DNA of 64,000 bases from Takakia lepidozioides. Lineage: Eukaryota; Plantae; Bryophyta. Where the stretch lies: positions 26,908,001 to 26,972,000 of the forward strand of contig CM060734.1 in assembly GCA_030704615.1 (NCBI GenBank), given 5' to 3'. How positions within the stretch are numbered: position 1 is the stretch's first letter; the number at the start of each line of letters is the position of its first letter. The notes beneath the pieces are model-generated. The model was not told the DNA's origin and made no database searches. It worked only from the letters and a program-made list of their open reading frames with translations. Below, in pieces: positions 52,520-64,000 of this stretch. The translations under genes and the position numbers were made by a program.

Positions 52520-53085
52520 TTTCATGAGTTCCTTGAACCCACTCCAGCTCAAGGCCTATCGGTTTGGCCCTTGGTCCTGAAGGCGTTTTTGCCACCATTG
52601 TTGAGCGTAGCCCTCAAGTAGGTGGGTGCCACTTCTACCCGATCCTCGTCACTCAACTTGGCCGCCCGGAAGTACTGTATTAGCTCCAGGAGCTAGGTAT
52701 TGAGTGCATTCCGATTTCGGACGCCCTTGAAGGTGTTGGGTTCCTTAGGCTTCACCTTAAACTTCGCCTTAGTGGAAGTGACGTTGGCCGCTTTCATCAC
52801 GTCCTTCAGTGTCCCGCCAAACTGCGCCAAAAACCCTTCCCAAAAAGCTGCTAGCATTGAAGGCATCTGTTGGCTTGGCGGAGCCTTTGGAAAGTCATCG
52901 GGATCCGACTCCCCAGACGCCTCTGGCTCCCGAGCGGCCTCACCTTCAGAAGCATAACTTGTCTCCTCAAGTTGCCGCTCCAGTGACGCGTCACCCCCAC
53001 CGGGCTCACTAGGTTCATCGGCTTTCGGGTCATTCCGCTTTCGCTTAGCCCTGCCCGACGCCATGGTGAGGCCAATCTCAATGAC
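52520..53085 (-). mobile_element. Ty3/gypsy gag N-terminal fragment (same family as 61230-61700)
   Basis: MASGRAKRKRNDPKADEPSEPG...KVKPKEPNTFKGVRNRNALNT*LLEL..YFRAAKLSDEDR, a retrotransposon gag P..F.G motif. Closely similar to the 61.2-61.7 kb copy. Confidence 0.8.
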
Positions 53086-53447
53086 TTATGTCGGCGTTGA
53101 GAATGGCCAGGCTCTACTGAGAGAAACCCCAGTTCTCGACCACGGCGCCAACTAAAACCTTTATACTACGGGCCGTGACCAACGTCTCGCATGGCCAAAC
53201 TGAAGCTACAGCAGGAGATTCCCTGGTCTTACTCACAGCCCGCGCCAATTGAAGTCGAGCAGTCTCAAGTGAGCCCCTGCTTCTTCCACGTTGCATAGTA
53301 TTTGTCGTCGTTTTGTTTGCTTTGTGGGTTTGCCTCCACAATCGCGGGTGTTCGTGGGTCTTGATGTAGCAATGTTCTCCTTCTCTATGTGGTTCTACGT
53401 GTTATTGGTAGGGAGTAGTTACTTGTGCTATCAGCGATTTACGCTCG

Positions 53448-53663
53448 GGTTACCACCAAATCCGAGTGGCGGAAGGAGATGAGGAGAAGACAGCGTGTAG
53501 GACAAGATATGGTTCATATGAGTTCTTGGTGATGCCTTTTGGGCTCACCAATGCACCTGCGACCTTTAGCACGCTAATGAACAGCCTTTTCCAGGAGTGG
53601 TTAGATGACTTCATGATCGTGTACATCGACAACATCTTGGTATACTCGAAAACAAAGGAAGAC
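53448..53663 (+). mobile_element. Ty3/gypsy RT fragment interrupted by the hAT element
   Basis: [40 protein letters not shown]...[12 protein letters not shown]. It ends at CAGGGTTGCA. Confidence 0.9.
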
Positions 53664-56600
53664 CAGGGTTGCACACGTCACGTCGGACCTGACGCTAACG
53701 CGACCAACGTCACGTCAGTTTTGCCGAAAAATCAGTAAAACATGAGTTAGGTGAAAAATATGCCACATAGGTGGACACGTTGTATTCCAAGCGACACCTT
53801 GGTAAGTGAATGAATTGTTTTATAAATTACTCCATCCGCCAATAGTTGAGGTCATTTTTAAATCATAATTCTTAAATTGGTGCGACCTCCAAATGATGGT
53901 GGTCGCAAAATTTATCTTATTTTTTAATAGTTGCGACCACTAGCAGAGGGGTTGTCGCAGCATTTTTTGTTTTTTTAAAATAGATGCGACCACCAGCAGG
54001 GTGGTCGCATTTTTTTCTTTTCTTAAACAGTTGTGACCACCGCTACTGGTGGTCGCACAATTTTTATTTTATTGCGGACTTTTTGCTGTTGTGGCTTCCA
54101 CCAGAGCCACTGCAACAAATTGTCGAAAAGCACAATACTACATGGTGCATTGATCCACTTGGATTGATGCCGTAGTGTTGGGCCATCACATTATGTTCTA
54201 ACTTCAATTGCTCTTGACAAATCTACCAAGTACACTAGTGTTCTTCGTTCAACCTTAAGTCTGTGGTTAGGGTTTTGGGTGTGAGGATGAGGGAGGAGTG
54301 GATCCCTTGGTTCACCATAGACCCGCACAAAAAAGACGGTGTTCAATGCAATCTTTGTGTATTGAAGCTGGCGGGTCGCAAAGATCGCATGTTATATCAC
54401 CTCGGCTACAGAGATGGGAAGAATGCAGGGGTTAGTTTGTGCCCAAAAACCTCCATGCGAGTGAAAGCCCACTTTGCTCAATGTGGAGGCAATATCCCAC
54501 CGTCTCTTGATGTGGCTGCGGCTTCTGAGCCAAACACTCCAAGTTCGAATCAAACTATCCCTCAGAGTTGTACCCAGGGGGATTCTTGCGAGGCGTCTAC
54601 TGTTCGTGGAGAAGTCGGTGGGTTAGGAGCAACACCCGATTGTACACCAGCACTTGTACGGACCAGACCATTGAGGCAACAATCAATGCAAGAAGGCTTA
54701 AATTTGTCGCACATGAGGACTCTGGATAAGAAGTGGGTCAATTTTTCTACGAGGCCAATATTCCGTTCAATGTCTCGAGGCTTCCTGCGTTTGTGGCTGT
54801 TATCAAAGCCACGTCCGATTCCAAGTCCACATACACACCTCCGAGTTATCGCGATCTCCGTACATGATTGCTAGAAGAGGCTATGTCTGATCTCACCCAA
54901 AAGGTGAATGAAAAGACAGGTGATTCTCTCCAGAAATATAGAAGCACTATATGTGCGGATGGTTGGAGTTCTGTTACTAATCGACCACTGTTCAATGTCA
55001 TTCTGCTCTGTCCTGCGGGGGAACAATTTTTGGGATCCGTTGACACAAGCGGGGAGAAAAAAGATGCACGTTATCAAGCAGGGTTGTTAACGAGTTACAT
55101 CGATAAAATTGGAGCTGATAAAATTGTCCAAGTGTCCATGGACAATGCATCTAACATGGATAATATGGCTGATATTTTGATGGTACGATATCCCCATCTA
55201 TATTACCAAGGGTGTGCTGCTCATATCTTTGATCTCCTTTTGGAGGATTTTCCCTCTGGCATTGTTTAGAAAGCATGAACCCAAATACAGCCTTAGGAAC
55301 CCGGGTGAAACCCGCTTTGCCACAAACTTTTTGATGGTGGAGCGACTGGTGACTGTGAGGGCGGGTCTGGAGCACGTGATCATTGACCTACAATGGGATG
55401 CGTATGTGGGCACTTTACGCGACCCTCATAAGTCCAAGTCTTTGAGCAAAATTCGGAGGGTCCGCGCAATCATTCGCTCCGACGATTTCTGGGCGAAATG
55501 TGCAAATTTTGTGTACATGGTGAAGCCGGTGTTGATTGCTTTGCGGGAGTTTGATGGAAAACAACCAATAATGGGTAAAACATGGTTGATATTGAAAAAC
55601 CTTGAGAAGCACGTGCAATCCTTGAGGCGTCCTCCATTTTCTATGGACGATGATTTGGCGGCAAGGACTGAGGATGCATTTTACGACCGCAAACGGATGG
55701 TTCGCACGGACTTGCATTATGCGGGGGGCTTGCTGAATCCATTCTTGCTAGACAATACGGATTTGAGAGATGATGTGGATGCCAAAGCCGGGCTTGTACG
55801 GGTCATCATGCAACTTGCGCCCTTGAACATGGCAGAGCGAGCGTTGTCCGAGTACCAGTGCTTCTCGGATCGGCAGAATCCTTTCCACATACCGGATCCA
55901 AAAGCAATGAACATGTTGCCACATGAATGGTGGGATCTGATTGGAGCTGGAGCAAAAACGTTAGCTCCCATTGCAAAGCGTATTCTTGCTTAAGTGTGCT
56001 CTACCTCGTCCTGTGAGCGGAACTGGAGCAGTTACTCGTTTATTCACAACAAGATTCGCAACATGTTGAATCCTGCCAGGCTGACAAATTGGTTTATGTC
56101 TACACGAATTGTAGGCTACTGCGAGAGATGAGAGCAAGTGGCGCATCTGCATGGTACGAGAAGAATTTGTTGTATGAAGAATCTGCCTCAGAGGTCCAAT
56201 CTAGCAGCAATGATGACACTGACGCCGCGAGGGACTCCGACTCCGACGGTTGGGATGGGTCCGATGATATGGGCAATCCTCCACATGACAATGATGCTGC
56301 AATGCATCCATCCTTCGATGACCTTGTTGTTGATGAACTGCGACATGGTGTCATCCCAATTGCGGACCCCCTTCCCCCAGTGGAGCACACTTTCAACAAT
56401 AAAGTTGAGGTCAACTCTCCCCCACCACGAGTTCCACGGACTGCGGGAGTTGTGCAGGTCGAATCGTCGGATGATGACAACCGACCGTTGTCATTCTTTC
56501 ACCGACATCGTGCCCTTGTGAACCGTGCTCCATCTCACCCCGCTCCATCTCATGTTTCTCTTTCTCAAGCCGGTCCATCCCATGCTGGTCCATCTAGTCT

Positions 56601-58320
56601 CTCTCCTCCTCATGTAATTCCTTCCATCGCTACTCCGATCCTGGGAGATGTTTTTTCTACTGCGGGACTTCTGCAAGTCGAACCATCGGATGACGACGAC
56701 CGGCCATTGTCGTTTCATCTGGCCTGACGACGTCCGCATGTGAACCGTGCTCCCTCGACCCTCGCTGGTCCATCTCATGCCCCTTCCTCTCATGTCGGCC
56801 CCTCTGATGTACGTGCGAGTAGCCTTCCTCATACGAGACCTGCTCCAAGGCCACCACGAAATCCGGGACAAGCCCAGAAACGGCAAAGAATTGTGCAACC
56901 TTTTGTTGGTGACCGACTTGTGAACAGGCCTGATACCCTAGATGGTATTCATGATAGGAGTGGAAATCGACCAAAGAGACAACTGAGCGTACTCCGAGGA
57001 CGACTACAGGTCCAACGGCCAGTTGCCTCTGGAAACGAAAGAACAGATGGAGATCATGATTCTAGCACTGATCATGGGAACGGGGGTGAAGTGAGTGGGG
57101 ACGAAGATTTTGTACTAGGCGTGAGATCATACCATCGTCGTCGTGCCAGACGGAATTAGGTACAACTATAACTTTTGTCACATGATGTGTAGTATGTTTC
57201 CATGGATATCCATGTTTCAGTTTTGGTACATGTATAATAAAAATGGTGGAATATGTGTACCCAAGAAAGGGTTTGGTGGTTGTGCGTGTGTTTGTGTTTC
57301 GTCATTACCTTTACATTGTTGATTTCCTATTATGGTTTCGAAAGCCACAAAGGCCAAGTGCAGCTCCCAACATCCATCTTCCCCTTCACAAATCCATGGG
57401 GAGTCGATACATGTGCTTTTCATCTGCCTCTCCAAGCATACATACAGGTGCAAGGGGACCAACCTCCTGGTGGTCACATTTAAAAAAAAAAAAACAATTG
57501 TGTGACCACCAGTAGCGGTCGTCGCAACTGTTAAAATAAAAGAAAAATGTTGCGACCACCCCCCTGCTGGTAGTTGCACCTATTTACTGATTTACTGATT
57601 ACCCCTGCTGGTGGTCGCAGATTTTATTTTTATTTTTATTTTTTATTTTTTTGGAAAACACCTGGAAGCGACAGCTCACTAATCAGGCCCCTTAGTAGTG
57701 AGAGGAGAAAATAACCTCTTTCATTTATGCGCCAAAAGGCGTAGGAATGGGGCACCACACACGAACCATACCACACCCATCAAGTAGCGAGATTTGACCC
57801 CAGAATCGTCCGGGTCGCACTCAGTGCACTTAACCAACTGAGCTACTGACTGATGGTAGATATTAAAAAATCGGAAAATTATGCGACCACCCCCCTACGA
57901 CCGCCCCCCTGCTGGTGGTCGCATCTATTAAAGAAAAGGAAAATAGTGCGACCACCAGCAGGTGGTGGTCGCGCCTATTTGTTTTAAACAAAATTTCTGC
58001 GACCACCCCTCTGCTGGTGGTCGCGCCTATTAAAAATAAAATAAAATTATGCGACCACCTCCCTGCTGATTTTTAAAAAAAAAAATCTGCGACCACTCCC
58101 CTGCTGGTGGTCGCACCCATTAAAAAAAATAAAAAAATCTGCGACCACCCTCCTGCTGGTGGTCGCACCCATTAAAAAAAATAAAATAATCTGCGACCAC
58201 CCCTCTGCTGGTGGTCGCACCCATTAAAAAACATAAACAAATCTGCGACCACCCCCCTGCTGGTGGTCGCACATAATAAAGAAAAGAAAAAATGATGCGA
58301 CCCCCCCTCTGGCGGTCGCA
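53664..58320 (+). mobile_element. hAT-superfamily DNA transposon with a pseudogenised transposase (DUF659 plus hAT dimerisation domain)
   Basis: Left end CAGGGTTGCA. TGCGACCACC/GGTGGTCGCA subterminal repeats at ~53880-54060 and ~57460-58320. Transposase from ATG 54287: BED-like CNLC..HL..C, TICADGWS, MDNASNM, GCAAHIFDLLLED, PGETRFATNF, WWDLIG..LAPIAKRILA*VCSTSSCERNWS. It has stops and frameshifts. The right TIR was not found. Confidence 0.9.
57627..57857 (-). mobile_element. tRNA-derived SINE (~230 bp) inserted in the hAT subterminal repeats
   Basis: Minus strand: A-box TAGCTCAGTTGG (57845-57834), B-box-like GGGTCAAATCTC (57800-57789) and an (AAAAAT)n tail. Candidate TSD AGATTTTA (57619-57626) / AGATATTA (57858-57865). 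Confidence 0.8.
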
Positions 58321-58747
58321 GCTTTACTAGCGTGCGCAGTCATGATGACAGCGCGCGCCCCGAGTGTGGAAGGGGGGCTTATAAGGCCTTGGAGGCCATT
58401 CTCTCCCTCACTTTTCTCCACACCAGGACTTGGTGGGCGTTGGGATGTTGCATTCCTTGTCATTGAGTCCAAGTGGAGAGGGGTGCTATTGGTTGGGTGG
58501 GGGGTATTTTGGGCCGTTGGATTCTACGAAATCGATGCTGAGTACCTCCCGGGAAGCCCTCCTCTAGCACCCACATTTTTTTCATTGCACATTGCGTCAT
58601 ATCACTTAGAACTGCCGAGGGAGTGACACGTGCCTCTAGTACTTGGGGAGGATTAATTAGGGAGTAGGATTAGGTACGATTTAGGAGGGTTGGGAGAACA
58701 TTTTTCTTAGCAAACACCTGTCGAGTAGGGGTAAGCCAAAGCCATAA

Positions 58748-60020
58748 ATGGCGAAGGAGGAAGACAGAGGAGGTCATCCCAGGGATGATGATAATGAACC
58801 TGGACCTCCCAAAAAAAACCCAAAAAAGGCCAGGTGCGAACTTCGTTGGGACATATACAATGACCCCAACATTCTTGCGGAACCACATTGGAAAGTTTGG
58901 AAGTTAGGGCAGCGGTGGTCGCTTGGTGACTGCAGGAAATTTGTGGACTGGTATCACATAAATCATTTGTGGCCCAGAGATAGGCATGATTCACAAACCA
59001 AACAAAATCAAGCTAGCTTGCATTTCTGCGCCAACCCGCATTTCCGCCACAGGGCAGAGGAGGTACATACAACATTGTGGGGTCAACCGCTCGTCAACAA
59101 CAAGGTCCCGTATTTATTTGCGGCCATGTCGTACACAAAGTTGATTTTATTGCGACCGGTGGATTGGCAAACTGCCACTGCGAGATAGCGTACTAGACTA
59201 TACATGTTCTCTGATATCCCAGACTTGTATATACGTCAAAGGTAGGACATCATACGGTTCGATGGAAACGACGAGGTGGAAGAAGGAGGAAAGGCGGATG
59301 GAAATGACGATGTGGAAGAAGGAGGAAATGCAGACCAATCTCCGGATTATACGCCGCAACAGGTCTCCGCAGCCGGGCCTTCAATGTCTGAGGTGGAGGG
59401 GGGCGAGGTACGCTTTCCGTTGGAGGAACAGTTGGCCGCACATGAATAGCACATCAAAGACCTGCAGGACATTGTTTATTTGCAACGGTGGCAAATAGCG
59501 AAGTTGCTGGAAAGAATGGGGTTGGGGACTCTCGACAGCGTACGCGGTGTGCTTCAGGACCCGAGGCCAATCACCATCGAGCAAGACATATTGGCGCGTT
59601 TGAATATGCCACCAATGGACATTGACCGCGTCATCGACGGGGTTGACTCAATCGGGCATGGGAATGAAGTGCAAACGTCTGAACTGGACCCGGCGAGGGT
59701 TGAGGAAGAAAGACTTGCGGCGGAGAGGGCAAGAAAAGGGAAGGACCCCATAGTGGAAACTAGGGAATGTTCAGCCGTGCAAATTACATCGGCCCAAGAA
59801 TAGGAATTAGAACAGCTTGTGGGGGAACGCGAGTAAGCTAGGACTGTTGCATATCGGTACTCAAATGTCATGCAAATCCGATCGTGGCCATGATTGAAGG
59901 GGAATTGGCGAAATTGGGTGACATGGGCGGGTCATCTAGCATCGCGGGAAACATGGATAGAAGAAGCGTTGTCCTCCCTCCAACGTGCAGCACGTTTGTC
60001 AAATCGAAGCGTAGATAGCA
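58748..60020 (+). pseudogene. Degenerate coding remnant of unknown function, probably TE-borne
   Basis: Broken ORFs 58748-59188 (GPPKKNPKKARCELRWDIYNDP...RPVDWQT), an acidic stretch, and 59480-59803 (RARKGKDPIVE). They lie directly after the subterminal repeat array. No family recognised. Confidence 0.35.
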
Positions 60021-60049
60021 TCTATGCTAATTTGCAAAGGCACGACAGA

Positions 60050-60310
60050 TTTGGATAGAGCTCTTAAGCAAGAGCCATACAAGTCTATTGTAGAGGTCAA
60101 TAATGCGATCAGAAGGGGAGCCTCGCTGATCAAGTGAGAAGCCATCAAGATCATGCCGTGGATAGTGTTTGACTTTACATATGCAATTAGATGTGCAATG
60201 GTTAGGATGCATATAGTTAACTATAGTAGGTGAGTAGGATGATGAGGCCTGAATCCAAATTTTGTTGTTGATGTCGTCGGGTTTGGTTAACAGGTGGCCT
60301 AGTATGGGCA
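60050..60310 (-). mobile_element. Second, more diverged fragment of the Dualen/RandI-like family (pre-RT linker)
   Basis: LGHLLTKPDDINNKIWIQASSSYSPT...HYPRHDLDGFSLDQRGSPSDRI matches LGHLLTKPDGIRDEIWSQASTSYTPT...HYPWHDLDGFSLEKRGPPTDRI encoded at ~32458-32660. Confidence 0.8.
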
Positions 60311-61229
60311 GTTGCAGCCTACGGTGGACCAAAAATGCTGTCACAACACTGTTTTTTTGGGACCTTGTGTAGAATAATAGAAATTTCTTTGTGGAATAGC
60401 ATTTAGAATTGGAGTGCAAATGAACAAAAATTGGATGTGAAATTGCACTATGGGGTTCGATAATTTGATAGAATTGGGTAGGATGCTAGAACGGAAATAA
60501 ATTCAGATAATGGGGATGATAATTGGTAGGAATGGGGTTATTAGGATAGATGTTAGCCCATAGAATTAGTGCTAGGTAGTTATGGTAGTTAGAATAGGAC
60601 ACTATGAGTTCCGCTGAATCGATGTATTCATGGTCATTCAAGCGAGAGTGCTGAGGCCCTAGCACAGGAGATGCTAGTTTGTTGTTTTCAGTAGCTTAAG
60701 TAAGATATAAGAAGAATATGAGTAGTGTGATGAGACAAAGATCTGATGAAAGACTCTGTAAGCTTCATGTTAATGTGATGAGATGTTGGAGTTTAATGGG
60801 AAGAATTTTGTATGAAAGAAAAAGATGAGGATTATTTGATGAAGTGTGCAGATCAATACGAGAGGAATTTAATTGAGATGAATATTAAGACATTTATTGT
60901 TGGGAGACAATTAGAAGTAGATATAGTGTTCTAATCACGACATAACAATTCAATTGTGTGCTTTCCCCAGCGAACGAACCTTAGAACTAATTGATCATCT
61001 TTTAGGATTGATTATAGTTTTATTCTACACCTTGATTAGTAAATCATCATACTCCTAAATGGCAATGCTGATAGTAAAAAGGGACTAAGCTATGAAGGCT
61101 CAACTACATATATTTCCCCTATTCCAAGAAAACTTTAATGTAGACAAATTAGTTGCAAATGAAATGAAAAATCTCCAAACAAATGTAAAATACATTTAAA
61201 CTATATTACATATTATAAAATAATTACGA

Positions 61230-62775
61230 CGTGTTGAGCATAGCCCCTCAAATAGGTGGGAGCCGCTTCCATCCGATCCTCGTCACTCAACTTGGCCGCC
61301 CGGAAGTATTGTTCCAGCTCCAAGAGCCAGGTGTTGAGTGCCTTCCGATTTTGGATACCCTCGAAGGTGCCGGGTTCCTTAGGCTTCACCTTAAACTTCA
61401 CCTTAGTGGAAGTGGCATTAGCCGCCCTCATCACGTCTTTTAGCGTCCTGCCAAACTGCGCCAGAAGACCTTCCCAGAAAGCTGGCGGCATGGGAGGAAT
61501 CTGTTGGTCTGGCGGAGCCTTTGGGAAGTCCTCGGGCTCTCAAAGGCTCCGACTCCTCAAATCCCTCTCGCTCTCGAGCGGTCTCGCTTTCAGAAGCATA
61601 GATTGCCTCTTCCAGTTGCCGCTCCGGTGACGCACCGGGCTCACTAGGATCATCGGCTTTCGGGCCATTCCGCTTTCGTTTGGTCTTGCCCGACCCTATG
61701 GTAAGGCCGATCTCAAGGATGATCACGTACTGAACTCTAGGCTCTGATACCAAGTGTTGCGCACTTCAAGTTTCGGTAAACTCCCCTTCAAGTCATAGTT
61801 AATCGCTTTGATGCACGCGCCTAACTCCCAAACTGGCCGCCGGGCCAACTCGGAGCTTTGGCTGCTCACCGGGGCATAACGGTCCCCCTCACACTCCCAC
61901 TCGACCCTCAACCTATGGGGCTTAGTGGAAATTGCCTTTGATAGTTGGCAGTCCGGAACAGCTCCCCACACCTTGGTCGCTTTCCGGCTCGCACACTTAC
62001 TCACTAGCATTTTGTCACCAACGGGCTTGCACCGTTCTCAGGGATACTACTCCTTATATATACTTCTGTAGGTGTCCGCAGGGGTTCCACAAACAGCCAA
62101 GTCCAAATCTGGTGCACCACCACCTAGACCCTCGACTCCTTGTGATGAGTCGCGGTGAGTCTTGGCCCATCCACCACGGCCCCAATGGACCGTGGTGAGT
62201 CCCAAGACTCCCCATGACTCCCACCACAAGGCCTAAGCCTCATGGTGAGTCCTATGCCACCCCCACTACGACTCCCTACGCTACCACCACCCCACACGGA
62301 GCCCCCCCACCGCAACCCGGCCGGTTGGCGGGGCTCCACCTAGTGAGCGCATCCGCCTCCTTGAGTGCCGAAGGCACTCAAGGGTGCTTCAGCCCCTATC
62401 CCAATTTGCTGCCACTGCCCCCACCACAGGGGCAGCCCCTCTTATGTCCCGACCCCTCGCCCTCAAGGCAAAGGGCCGCGACAAGTAACCCCGAGAACGG
62501 TGCAAGCCCGTTGGTGACCAAAAGCTAGTGAGTAAGCAAGCGAGCCGGAAAGTGACCAAGGTGTGGGGAGCTATTCCAGACTGCCAGTAACCAAAGGAAA
62601 TTTTGACTAGGCCTGATTAGCTCGAGGGTCTCGTGGAGGAGCAAGGGGGACCGTTATGCCCCGGTGAGCAGCCGAAGCTCCGAGTTGGCCCGACGGCCAG
62701 TTTGGGAGTTAGGCGCGCGCATCAAAGCAAATAACTATGACTTAAGGGGGAGTTACCAAGGTGAGGTGCGCGACA
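61230..62775 (-). mobile_element. 5' part of a Ty3/gypsy element: LTR (62775-61755), tRNA-iMet PBS, start of gag; 3'-truncated
   Basis: The LTR is bounded by TG...CA (TGTTGCGCAC at 61755, GTGCGCGACA ending at 62775). PBS TGGTATCAGAGC lies on the minus strand 2 nt from the LTR. Gag: KPKEPGTFEGIQNRKALNTWLLELEQYF. Confidence 0.9.
61741..61752 (-). promoter_or_regulatory. Primer-binding site complementary to the initiator tRNA-Met 3' end
   Basis: Plus-strand GCTCTGATACCA is TGGTATCAGAGC on the minus strand, the canonical plant LTR PBS. Confidence 0.9.
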
Positions 62776-62799
62776 GGCAACCCTTCTCTTTGCTTGCCC

Positions 62800-63800
62800 C
62801 TTGAGCTCCTCCAGAGACTTACTGTGTGCCACCTTCCTCGCCCTGGCAGCCAGAGCGTCAAGGAAGCTCTCGTTGACACATTGTGGGTACCAACTTGGGC
62901 CTATCTGGAAATGTCACTACCGAATATCGGCGTGTAGGCTCGCCATCAAACAACGCCTTATTGGCAGAGCCACTCCTACTCCGGTTGGACTTTGGAACAT
63001 GGGCTACCGGTGACTTTGCAGCAGCAGCACCAGGGGCCAAGGCCTTGGACAAAGTCGTCGTCCGAGTCACCCCCCTTGGCCCCCTCCTGCACCACCTCTC
63101 GAGCCTTGTTGGTTTTCTACTTCTCTGGGGTTGGTGCATTCCCCTATTTCCTGGTCCTTTTCTTCGGCCCCTTTGCCTTCTCATTTAGCTTGGAGTGGAT
63201 ACCTGCATGAGCATGCTCAGCCGCTTTTCGGGACTTGGTAAGTGCCTTCGCCTCCTGAGGGCCCACCGGAACCAGCGAAGCTCGATTTTGGCAGGCCTCT
63301 GCATCCAGCTTCAATTGAAACTCCGATTGGTCAAGCATGTCGGCCATAAGGTCCAGATACCAAGGGCAGTTGCGCAAATGCTCCAAGTGCCACTCCTTCA
63401 CCATATCGGCAGTGTGCATGGAGTCAGGGCCAGGAGTACGCCATGCTAGGAAAAATGAAGGCTCTCTGGCAATCGCACCTTTGTCCAACAGGTTGGACTT
63501 CATGCACATGCATTAAAAAAAAACAAAAGAGAATGAGGTCGAGGGAATGTGGCTCCCGTTTCGGCCCCAAAAATGGAAATGTGGCACCAAATTTTCAGTT
63601 TTGGTGCCACATTTCTGGGCCCCAAAACTGGAAATATGGCGTCAAATTTCGTGGGACTTCCCCTAGGTTCTGCGCCCCACAACTAGAAATATGGCGCCGA
63701 ATTTCCAATTTTGGGTGCCCAGAACCTAGGGGAAGTCACTCGGCATGAATTCCAAACCATGCGCAATAAAACATAGGGTCCACCAAATTCTGGAAAAACA
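62800..63800 (-). other. Unidentified degenerate ORF region plus short subterminal-like repeats, probably another TE
   Basis: Overlapping minus-strand ORFs at 63144-63509 and 62858-63184, basic and frameshifted. Repeated GAAATATGGCG/TGGCACCAAATTT motifs at ~63570-63790. Confidence 0.3.
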
Positions 63801-64000
63801 AAAATTCTAAACGATTTATTTTTAACAAAGGGTTGTGGTATTATTATTATTTTAAAATAGGGGTACTTCTTTGCCTTTGTGTTACAGATTTTTTTAAAAG
63901 AATATGTGGGAAGAAAAAAAAACGGGGGGGTTGTGGAGCTAGGATTCCCCTTCACCATTATGATTCCTGATTCATGAGCTAGGATTTCCTTCACTATTAA

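Noticed and set aside
53133-53150. Minus-strand TGGCGCCGTGG PBS-like motif upstream of the first gag fragment
   Set aside because: The match to a tRNA 3' end is only partial and there is no adjacent LTR ...CA end, so it cannot be supported.

Overview
Eukaryotic, repeat-dense DNA, most likely from a land plant. A bryophyte-type genome is my inference from the spliced plant genes and the TE families. Bases 549-31319 are one array of roughly 250 copies of a ~120-bp satellite. The array has two monomer types (A and B, often a ~241-bp dimer), an ~860-bp internal inversion, multi-kb higher-order duplications and a 500-N scaffold gap. It is possibly (peri)centromeric. All short ORFs called in the array are spurious. 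The right half is nested transposon debris around one intact 3-exon membrane-protein gene and a truncated SBT2-type subtilase. Three elements stand out. (1) Next to the satellite lies a degenerate dual-endonuclease (Dualen/RandI-type) non-LTR retrotransposon: APE, RT, a chromodomain with an intact aromatic cage, RNase H, CCHC, and a restriction-like endonuclease. (2) An intron-containing Crypton-type tyrosine-recombinase element. (3) A Ty3/gypsy LTR whose two ends are ~285-bp inverted repeats. Also present are hAT, L1, Ty3/gypsy, SINE and non-autonomous TIR elements. All protein assignments come from motif reading by eye; no database searches were run.
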